Source of the DNA: Gemmata obscuriglobus
GTDB taxonomy: Bacteria > Planctomycetota > Planctomycetia > Gemmatales > Gemmataceae
Assembly (NCBI RefSeq): GCF_008065095.1
Contig: NZ_CP042911.1
Location: 7,740,001 to 7,772,000, forward strand
Reading direction: 5' to 3'
Length of the DNA stretch: 32,000 nt
The position numbers were made by a program, and so were the translations under genes. Shown piece by piece: positions 1 to 6,493 of the stretch (positions are counted from its first letter, which is position 1; every line of letters begins with the position of its first letter). The notes beneath the pieces were generated by a model, which ran no database searches, was not told the origin of the DNA, and was given only the letters and a program-made list of their open reading frames with translations.

Positions 1-168
1 CTGATCCAACCGGGGCAGCGGACGGGGCGGTACCGAACGGGCCGGGACCAACTGGTGGTGGACGACGCGGGCAACAGCAGCATCTCGGCGGAGGACTACG
101 CGGCGGCTCTGCTGGACGAGATCGAGAAGCCGCAGTTCCGGCGCAGCCGGATGACGGCGGCCAACTGA
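1..168 (+). CDS. 3' end of an NAD(P)H-binding (atypical SDR / NmrA-YwnB-like) oxidoreductase gene that starts upstream of the window
   Basis: Frame 1 is open from the window edge to TGA at 166-168. The tail ...[35 protein letters not shown] resembles the conserved C-terminal IS.EDYA.ALLDE.E.P block of this family. Third codon positions are G/C-rich. Confidence 0.45.
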   Translation: MIQPGQRTGRYRTGRDQLVVDDAGNSSISAEDYAAALLDEIEKPQFRRSRMTAAN

Positions 169-175
169 CACCCAC

Positions 176-658
176 TCATACACGCACCCGGCAACATTTT
201 ATACTCATATTAATCAGATCGCCATTGACACACGCATGAGTGAGTGAGTGAGTGAGTGAGTGCCGGTCTTCTTGGGTCCGCGGATGATCCCGGGGCGCTG
301 CGGTCCCCGTAAAAGTGGATGTAATGCACGTCGATGGCACACGTCCACCGCGGGGCCGGTCCCGGCGGGCAAGCCGTGCCACGTCGTGGCGCGGACCCAC
401 CAGCCGGGCCGTCCGCTGATCCCGAGAGCCCAGGTTCGCGTGCACCGCCTGTCGCGCGGTCTGGTGGGAGAACCCGAAGTACCGGGCTACCACCGCGAAC
501 CGGGTGCGGGTGGTTCCCGCGATCAACAGCACCAGGTCCAACAACGGGGGGCGCGTCACCGACGGCTTGTAATCGGTCCCGCCGAGCGCCCGCGCCAACG
601 TTCGCCGGGACAACGCATGGACCACCGCCGGGGTGATCGTAGAGTAACTGCGTCGCAT
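176..658 (-). pseudogene. Helix-turn-helix ORF, probably a decayed transposase N-terminal (IS630/IS481-style HTH) fragment
   Basis: ORF track, 160 aa. The first ~90 aa (..LSRRTLARALGG.. and ..RFAVVARYFGFSHQTARQAVH..) look like two HTH units of the type found at transposase N-termini. The last ~60 aa are Arg/Pro/Thr-rich, run through a (TGAG)n microsatellite and an AT-rich patch, and do not look like protein. No catalytic domain follows. Confidence 0.3.
237..262. repeat. Tetranucleotide microsatellite (TGAG)6 plus TG
   Basis: Read directly: tgag x6 from 237 to 260, then tg. It sits just 3' of an unusually AT-rich patch (about 190-235) containing TTGACA at 225-230. Confidence 0.95.
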
Positions 659-739
659 AGGAAATTTCCGCTCAAGTGCCTGATAGCATTGACCTTAGGA
701 GCTCCCATGCGGCACATCCAAACCCTTGAACCTACTGTA

Positions 740-758
740 GCGGTCGCGGCTCGTCAAG
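740..758. repeat. Orphan half-site GCGGTCGCGGCTCGTCAAG, identical to the right arm of the palindrome at 22036-22103
   Basis: Exact 19-nt match to 22085-22103. It is preceded at 725-729 by CTTGA, a vestige of the opposite arm. Confidence 0.85.
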
Positions 759-909
759 AAATGCGACACGACTACCGCGCCGCGTTCTAAGTAACGGTGG
801 CGGAATGGGCGGTTGGCCGTGGCCTCGTTTCGGCCATGTGGGTTTCGTACATGAAGACGATCTTGACCAGGTTGGCAGGATAAATGGGATTTAAGATTAG
901 TCTGTCTTC

Positions 910-934
910 ATCCTGTTTATCCTGTCGATCCTGT
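910..934 (+). promoter_or_regulatory. Three direct ATCCTGT heptamers at a 9-bp period (910, 919, 928), a candidate protein-binding array
   Basis: Read directly: cATCCTGTttATCCTGTcgATCCTGTcaaaa. The partner copy has the same three (23056-23080, as ACAGGAT) plus two inverted ones (23100-23115). In copy A the inverted pair is degenerate (ggcaggataaatgggatt, about 872-890). Confidence 0.5.
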
Positions 935-1008
935 CAAAACTGCCTTCGCCCATCCATCGCTTCAGTGCCACATTGCCGTTGTTAGTGTCTGTTTTGGCTG
1001 TTGTCTTT

Positions 1009-1072
1009 GTGGCACGGGCATCCCTGTGTGTGCGGCGCAAGAAGGCCGCACACACAGGAATGCCCGTGCCAC
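1009..1072 (+). promoter_or_regulatory. Long hairpin (28-nt arms, 8-nt loop, one C.A mismatch) 48 nt upstream of the ATG at 1121
   Basis: GTGGCACGGGCATCCCTGTGTGTGCGGC gcaagaag GCCGCACACACAGGAATGCCCGTGCCAC. The same hairpin is present in the partner repeat with a compensatory base-pair change. Confidence 0.8.
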
Positions 1073-1120
1073 AAGCAGCAGGCACGAGCACCCGAATCGC
1101 GTACTAAAACCGATCCTTCC

Positions 1121-2287
1121 ATGCCGCCGAAGCTCCGCACGCTACTCGTGGTCCTCGTGGGCGGTGCGGCGGTCGCGGCCGTCGCCGACCGCATCGTCTC
1201 CACGCCCGGGCTGTTCTCCCCGCGCGACTTCATCGAATACTGGGCGGCCGGGCGGGTGAACCTGCGCGGCGGGAACCCCTACGACCCGCGCCAGGTGCTG
1301 GCCGAGCAGCAGTCGGTCGAACCGCACCGCGACGGCGCGCTGATGATGTGGAACCCGCCGCCGGCGCTGGCGGTGTACATGCCATTGGGCGCGGTTCCGG
1401 CGAAATGGGCCGCGCTCCTCTGGTGCGTGGCGCAGTTCGGCGCGGTGATGGGGGCGTGCGCGCTGTTGTGGCGCGAGTACGCCCCCGGGCGGCCGTGGCG
1501 CGCGCCCGCCGCGGCGCTGCCGTTCGTGGGCACCTGGTGGGTCGTGACCTACGGGCAGAACACCGGGTTCATGCTGCTCGGGCTGGCCGGGTTCCTGCAC
1601 TTCGTGCGGCGCGACCGGCCACTGGCCGCCGGCGCGTGCGCGGCGCTGACCGCGCTGAAGCCGCACCTGCTCGCGGCGTTCGGCGTGCTCCTCATCGCCG
1701 ACGCGCTCTCCCGCCGCGGCCGGCGCGCCCTCGCGGCCGGGACCGGGGCCGTGGCCGCGGCGCTGGTGGTGGCGCTGGTGCCGAACCCGGACGTTCTGGA
1801 ACAGTTCGTCACGGCGGCTCGGAACCCGCGGCCGGAAACGATTCCGCTGTCCGGGTACGCGCTCCCCGTGCCGGCGTACTGGCTCCGCGTGTGGCTCGCG
1901 CGCGAGAGCTTCTGGGTGCAGTTCGTGCCGTGCGCGGTCGCGTGTGCGGCGCTGCTCGCCCGCCGGCTCCGGCAGGGGGCCGCGTGGGATTGGGGGCACG
2001 AGCTGCCGCTCGTGGTCGCGGTGTCCGTGCTCACCACGCCCTACGGCGGGTGGATCTTCGACCTGCCGGTGCTGCTGGTGCCGGTGGCGTGGGCGCTGGC
2101 CCGCCTCGTCCGCACCGGGCGCCGCACGGGGGCGGTGGTGTTCGTCGCGGGGCAGGCGGTTATCACGGTGATGACGTTCGCGACCCCGGGCGCACTTCAT
2201 GCGTACTGGTGGGTTGCGCCGGCGGCGCTGGCGCTGTGCCTTCTGCCCTACTGGCCGGCGCACGTTCGTAGAATGTCACCTCATTGA
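1121..2287 (+). CDS. Integral-membrane glycosyltransferase, GT87 / DUF2029-like
   Basis: ATG at 1121 lies within the ORF 1001..2287. N-terminal signal-anchor MPPKLRTLLVVLVGGAAVAAV, then RDFIEYWAAGRVNLRGGNPYD, which matches the DUF2029/GT87 N-terminal loop motif. The rest is a series of hydrophobic Ala/Leu/Val/Trp segments typical of GT-C enzymes. The upstream TTG extension from 1001 runs through the hairpin and was rejected. Confidence 0.7.
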   Translation: MPPKLRTLLVVLVGGAAVAAVADRIVSTPGLFSPRDFIEYWAAGRVNLRGGNPYDPRQVLAEQQSVEPHRDGALMMWNPPPALAVYMPLGAVPAKWAALLWCVAQFGAVMGACALLWREYAPGRPWRAPAAALPFVGTWWVVTYGQNTGFMLLGLAGFLHFVRRDRPLAAGACAALTALKPHLLAAFGVLLIADALSRRGRRALAAGTGAVAAALVVALVPNPDVLEQFVTAARNPRPETIPLSGYALPVPAYWLRVWLARESFWVQFVPCAVACAALLARRLRQGAAWDWGHELPLVVAVSVLTTPYGGWIFDLPVLLVPVAWALARLVRTGRRTGAVVFVAGQAVITVMTFATPGALHAYWWVAPAALALCLLPYWPAHVRRMSPH

Positions 2288-2305
2288 CACGCGCGGAGGC
2301 GGCAC

Positions 2306-3622
2306 ATGTCGGACGGCACGACGGCGCACAAGGTGGTGATCATCGGCGGCGGGTTCGGGGGGCTGGTCGCGGCCCAGGCGCTGAACAAGACGCCGACCGA
2401 GGTGACGCTGATCGACCGCCGCAACTTCCACCTGTTCCAGCCGCTGCTGTACCAGGTGGCGACCGGGGCGCTGTCGCCGGCCAACATCGCGTCCCCGCTG
2501 CGGTCGATCCTGAAGCGGCAGAAGAACACGCACGTGCTGCTCGGCGAGGTGACCGGCTTCGACGTCCCGGCGAAGGCGGTGCTGCTGAAGGACGGCACCC
2601 GCGTCCCGTTCGACACGCTCATCGTCGCGACCGGCTCGACGCACCATTACTTCGGCAAGACCGACTGGGCCGAGCGCGCCCCGGGGCTGAAGACCATTGA
2701 GGACGCGACCGAGGTCCGGCGCCGGGTGCTGTCCGCGTTCGAGCGGGCCGAGCGCGCCACCGACCCCAAGGAGCGCGCCCGGCAACTGACGTTCGTGGTG
2801 GTGGGCGGCGGGCCGACCGGGGTGGAGATGGCCGGCGCGATCAGCGAGCTGGCCAAGCACACGCTCCGCGCCGACTTCCGGAGCGTGGACCCGGCGACCT
2901 CCCGCATCGTGCTCATCGAGGGGCAGCCGAAGGTGCTGGGCGCGTTCCACGAGAGGCTCAGCGCGAAGGCGCTCAAGGCGCTCCAGGGGATGGGCATCGA
3001 GGTGATGCTGGACGCGCACGTCAACGCGATCGAGCCGCACTACGTCCTCGTGCAGCCGGACGATAAGGCCGCCGCGCCGGTCCGCATCGACACGGAAACG
3101 GTGGTGTGGGCCGCGGGGGTGAAGGCGTCCCCGCTGGGCCAGGTGCTGGCGGACGCGATCGGCGGGGTCACGGTGGGGCGCGGGGGGCACGTGCCCGTGA
3201 ACCCCGACTGCACGGTGGGCAACCGCCCCGACATCTTCGTGATCGGCGACATGGCCAGCCTGCCCGGCGCTAACGGCAAGCCGCTGCCGGGGGTGGCGCC
3301 CGTGGCGACGCAACAGGGCGAATACGTCGCGGGGGTGATCGTGCGGCGCCTCAAGGGCGAAACCCCGAAGGGACCGTTCCGCTACTTCGACAAGGGCACG
3401 ATGGCCACGATCGGCCGCGGGCAGGCGGTCGCGGAGAGCATGGGGTTCCGGTTCAGCGGCCTGTTAGCGTGGCTGGCGTGGCTGTTCATCCACATCATGT
3501 ACCTGGCTCGCTTCGAGAACCGGATGCTGGTGCTGTTCCAGTGGTTCTGGAACTACGTGACCCGCAACCGCACGGCGCGGCTCATCACCGGCGAGCGCCC
3601 CACCGGCACCCGCGGCGCGTGA
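2306..3622 (+). CDS. ndh: Type II NADH:quinone oxidoreductase (NDH-2), FAD/NAD(P)-binding
   Basis: GGAGG lies 6 nt upstream of ATG 2306. Motifs: KVVIIGGGFGGLVAAQAL (GxGxxG), RNFHLFQPLLYQVATG, second Rossmann FVVVGGGPTGVEMAGAI, IFVIGDMA, and a C-terminal amphipathic/membrane segment LLAWLAWLFIHIMYL. Confidence 0.9.
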   Translation: MSDGTTAHKVVIIGGGFGGLVAAQALNKTPTEVTLIDRRNFHLFQPLLYQVATGALSPANIASPLRSILKRQKNTHVLLGEVTGFDVPAKAVLLKDGTRVPFDTLIVATGSTHHYFGKTDWAERAPGLKTIEDATEVRRRVLSAFERAERATDPKERARQLTFVVVGGGPTGVEMAGAISELAKHTLRADFRSVDPATSRIVLIEGQPKVLGAFHERLSAKALKALQGMGIEVMLDAHVNAIEPHYVLVQPDDKAAAPVRIDTETVVWAAGVKASPLGQVLADAIGGVTVGRGGHVPVNPDCTVGNRPDIFVIGDMASLPGANGKPLPGVAPVATQQGEYVAGVIVRRLKGETPKGPFRYFDKGTMATIGRGQAVAESMGFRFSGLLAWLAWLFIHIMYLARFENRMLVLFQWFWNYVTRNRTARLITGERPTGTRGA

Positions 3623-3638
3623 GGGCTGAAAGAAACCG

Positions 3639-3992
3639 GTGAACAAGGGCTTGGCCATGCAGTTCGCAAAGCAGATGGGGGAACTCACTGAGGAACAGCG
3701 GCTGCACTACTACGAGGTACTGGCCCACAACCTGACCGTTGCGGTACGGGGCATCTGGTCCGACGAACGGATCAGCGACACCGAGAAGGTCGATCGGATG
3801 AAGTGGGTGAACGAGATCCTGCACCGCGTCACGGCGAAGGTTTACGTTCTGCGGCTCAAGACCCATGAGTGGACGGAGGAAGATTTCGAGGGTCTGATCC
3901 TTGGATACGTCACGGCTCACCCGGGCATCGCGGGCGAGGTCGGGTGGGCGGTGAAGGCCACTTACCGGACGATTTCGGGAGAGGAGATGTAG
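3639..3992 (+). CDS. Small hypothetical protein (111-117 aa), predicted helical, no recognised domain
   Basis: ORF track. The start is either GTG 3639 or ATG 3657. The sequence looks like protein (MQFAKQMGELTEEQRLHYYEVLAHNLTVAVRG...) but has visibly more A/T-ending codons than its neighbours. Confidence 0.5.
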   Translation: MNKGLAMQFAKQMGELTEEQRLHYYEVLAHNLTVAVRGIWSDERISDTEKVDRMKWVNEILHRVTAKVYVLRLKTHEWTEEDFEGLILGYVTAHPGIAGEVGWAVKATYRTISGEEM

Positions 3993-4181
3993 CGCAAGCG
4001 ATCACCGGATAAACGGCCGGATGAACGAGGCCCCGGCGGAGTTGGCCGCGCCAAACAAGCGCTCCGAAAGAAGGACTCACCACAGAGACACACACAAAGA
4101 AAGCAGAGATTAAAACGCGAGTCACAGAGAAAGCAGAGACGGCGTGTCACCCGCCCGCTGACGCATGTGGGCGTTGTTTCC

Positions 4182-4290
4182 CTGGGACCGCGGACGTCTC
4201 GTCCGCTGGCAGGCGCATCGTTTCGTGATGCGGAGGTTCCGCCGAGCGATACCATTCTCGGAGCAGCGGACGGGACGTCCGCGGTCCCAG
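4182..4290. repeat. Palindromic element with 27-nt arms (4182-4208 / 4264-4290, one mismatch) around a 55-nt centre that contains two small hairpins
   Basis: CTGGGACCGCGGACGTCTCGTCCGCTG ... CAGCGGACGGGACGTCCGCGGTCCCAG. The centre holds GCATCgtttcgtGATGC and CCGAGcgataccattCTCGG. Each long arm contains its own GGACG-N3-CGTCC palindrome. Confidence 0.9.
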
Positions 4291-4454
4291 GCAAACACCA
4301 CTCCGTCGCGCCCCGGCCCGGCCACGCCGAACCAACTTAAAATTACCAGCGGAACCCGCTGGCACGCGCATCGTTTCGTGATGCGGAGGTTCCGCCGAGC
4401 GATACCATTCTCGGAGCAGCGGACGGGACGTCCGCGGTCCCAGACGAACACCAC
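4203..4454. repeat. Two ~99-bp direct repeats (4203-4301 and 4356-4454, offset 153 bp, 3 mismatches)
   Basis: Manual alignment. The second copy keeps the centre and right arm of the palindrome but lacks the left arm. It ends at the stop codon of the minus-strand gene 4455..6482. Confidence 0.9.
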
Positions 4455-6482
4455 TTACTTCGCGCCAATCTTTTCCAGCGCGTCTGCGGCGCTCGCGCCC
4501 CACGGCGTCCCGGTTCCCTCGCTCTGCGCACGGAGCCAGTCACGCGCCGGAGCGGCGTCCGGACCGTAGGCGCTCAGCAACTGACAGCCCACCGCCAAAC
4601 CGATCTCGCACCGCTTCTTGTCGGCCAGCACCGACAGCCGGCGCAACTTCAGCGCCGTCTCGAGCTCTTTGCGTGTGGCGTTCGCTCGGTCGTACACCCC
4701 GCGCTCGATGTCCGGAATCGCCTGGTTCAGGTCGCCGAACGCCTCCAGTAGCTGCGCGTACTCGGCAGCCCCGTCGCGGCACACGTCGAGCAACCCCTGC
4801 ACGCACTCGGCTGCGCTCGGGGTCTCGCCCGGCGGCAGCTTGAGGCGGTCGCGCAACCCGGCCTCGAACTCCGAACGGGCGAACGGCGGGGGCTCGCGCC
4901 CCGACACGGTATGCCCGGCCTGCGCGTGCAGGGCGGCGTGAACCGCCTCGCGAACCCGGGAGCGGTCGCACGCCGGGGGCAACTTGTCTCCCGCAGCGGG
5001 GTAAGCCGCGAACGCCGCCGGCGCGCGGCCGGACCGTTCCACCGCCGCCGCGAACTCCCCGGCGTGAACGAACGCCGGAACCACGGCGAGCAACCGGACC
5101 GCCGCGGCCGGTCGGTCCGGTTCCGCCGCGAGCACACCAACGGCCTCGGCCACTGTGTGCCCCCTCGTTCCGGCAACGAGGGCGAGTTCGCGCTCCGCGG
5201 GCGTCACGAACGGCTTCCCGCGAGCCACCTCGATCTTGTCCAGAAACGCCTTCCGGGGCGCGGCCTCGGTCGCCAGTGCTTCGCGGATGCGCTCGGCCGC
5301 GGCACGCACCCGCGCGGTGCCCGCGGTGACTTCCGCATTGAGGGCGGTCGTGACCTTCTCCCGTGCGGCGGCTTCAGCCACATCGACGATTTTGTTCCCG
5401 GGGTTGGGAACCGCCGGCCGCCACTGCGCCAGCCGGTCCGGTGGCAGGATGATGGCGGAATACGCCGGGGGTTGCGTGCGATCGGCCGCAATGACCGCCG
5501 CGATTTGCGGGTTCTTCAACTCGTCGCGCCCGAGCGTCGCGGCGCGCAGGTCGGCCAGCACCTGCGAGGCGTGCGCCGGATCGACCCCGTCGCCCACAAG
5601 TGCCGTCGCATCGGCCGCGCGGCCGGCGAGAAACAACCGCGCGGCCAGTTCGGTGCGAAGCTGACGCGCCAGCGTGGCCCCGTGGTGCTTTTCCACGTCC
5701 GCCAACAGTCGGCGGACGAAGCTCAGTTCGGCCCCGGTCCCCCCATCTCCGAATGTCGCCCGCGCGAGCACCAGCGGGAGCCGCGCCTCGTCGGCGTTGG
5801 CAACGGTGAGCGGCTTGTGCTCGTTCGGCAGTTTGCTCAGCGCTCGAACCGCCGCGTCGGCGTCCCCGGCGCGCAGGGCCGCCTGCGATTGAGCGAACGG
5901 GGCGACGCGCCGGAGCGCCTCCCGCAGTTCGGGCAGAGCCCGCACCGCGGATACGGGCAGGTAGCGGGGCAGTTCGAGCGGCTCGAATCTGGCGAAAGCC
6001 TCGGCGAACCGCCCGGCGGCGATCAGTTCGAGCCCGTCCGCGAGGAACAACCGCTCGGCGCCGGCCTCTGCGGCCTCGAGTTGCATCGCCACGATCGGAT
6101 CAAGGCCCGAGCCGGGACCGAGTGCGACCCAGTCCGCGCGCAACCGGCGCAACTCCGCGAGAGGGACAGTCTGCTTCTGGTGCAGGGTGTCGTGGGTGAT
6201 GACGTTCAGCAACGTGGCCCGGTGTACGCGGCTCAGCGCCGTGGCGCCTTGTTGGCGCAACAACGCCGCGGCTTCGGCCGCGTTGCGTTGCCGGGCCGCC
6301 GCGACCAGCGCAGCCACACCGGCCGAATTCGGCGCCGCGACGGGCGGACGCGGGGTTGTAACCGGCGGACGCGGTGCGGGTGGTTGCGCCGACAGGCGCG
6401 GTGCTGGGGGCGCCCACCCCGGCGCGTTGATCAGCAGAACGCTCGCGAGCGCGGCGAGCGGAAGCAGCGATCTCCGGCGCAT
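4455..6482 (-). CDS. Hypothetical secreted protein (675 aa), Ala/Leu/Arg-rich and probably all-helical, with a proline-rich N-terminal linker
   Basis: ORF 4455..6497. I prefer ATG 6482, which gives MRRRSLLPLAALASVLLINAPG (signal-peptide-like) and is preceded by GAGGAA overlapping the upstream stop codon. Composition and G/C-rich third positions are typical of the other genes here. No domain recognised. Confidence 0.7.
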   Translation of the reverse strand: MRRRSLLPLAALASVLLINAPGWAPPAPRLSAQPPAPRPPVTTPRPPVAAPNSAGVAALVAAARQRNAAEAAALLRQQGATALSRVHRATLLNVITHDTLHQKQTVPLAELRRLRADWVALGPGSGLDPIVAMQLEAAEAGAERLFLADGLELIAAGRFAEAFARFEPLELPRYLPVSAVRALPELREALRRVAPFAQSQAALRAGDADAAVRALSKLPNEHKPLTVANADEARLPLVLARATFGDGGTGAELSFVRRLLADVEKHHGATLARQLRTELAARLFLAGRAADATALVGDGVDPAHASQVLADLRAATLGRDELKNPQIAAVIAADRTQPPAYSAIILPPDRLAQWRPAVPNPGNKIVDVAEAAAREKVTTALNAEVTAGTARVRAAAERIREALATEAAPRKAFLDKIEVARGKPFVTPAERELALVAGTRGHTVAEAVGVLAAEPDRPAAAVRLLAVVPAFVHAGEFAAAVERSGRAPAAFAAYPAAGDKLPPACDRSRVREAVHAALHAQAGHTVSGREPPPFARSEFEAGLRDRLKLPPGETPSAAECVQGLLDVCRDGAAEYAQLLEAFGDLNQAIPDIERGVYDRANATRKELETALKLRRLSVLADKKRCEIGLAVGCQLLSAYGPDAAPARDWLRAQSEGTGTPWGASAADALEKIGAK

Positions 6483-6493
6483 GAGCCAGTTCC

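Larger units (their letters stand above)
796..1175 (+). repeat. Copy A of a ~375-bp inverted repeat (partner 22815-23185), containing an upstream leader plus the first 18 codons of the downstream gene
   Basis: Manual alignment of 796-1175 with the reverse complement of 22815-23185. It is colinear over the full length, with about nine in ten positions identical and one 9-nt indel (caggttggc present only in copy A). Confidence 0.9.

Noticed and set aside
707-790. 27-codon ORF with a good AGGAG (697-701) 5 nt upstream of the ATG
   Set aside because: It is too short to evaluate, its codon usage is atypical, and it overlaps the orphan palindrome arm at 740-758. It cannot be supported from sequence alone.
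897-1091. 64-aa ORF inside repeat copy A that is also intact in copy B (22899..23099, 66 aa)
   Set aside because: At ~90 percent identity over 200 nt, preservation in both copies is expected by chance. Most differences are non-synonymous (MGEGS vs TSEDN, RDARAT vs RNVRAT), and the frame reads through the long hairpin. It is probably not coding, although ribosome profiling could revisit this.
1001-1120. In-frame TTG-initiated extension upstream of the ATG at 1121 (and the equivalent 22870-22989), open in both repeat copies
   Set aside because: The extension translates the hairpin (HGHPCVCGARRPHTQECPCH), has no hydrophobic or signal character, and starts with a weak codon. The MPPKLRTLLV.. signal-anchor at the ATG is the natural N-terminus.
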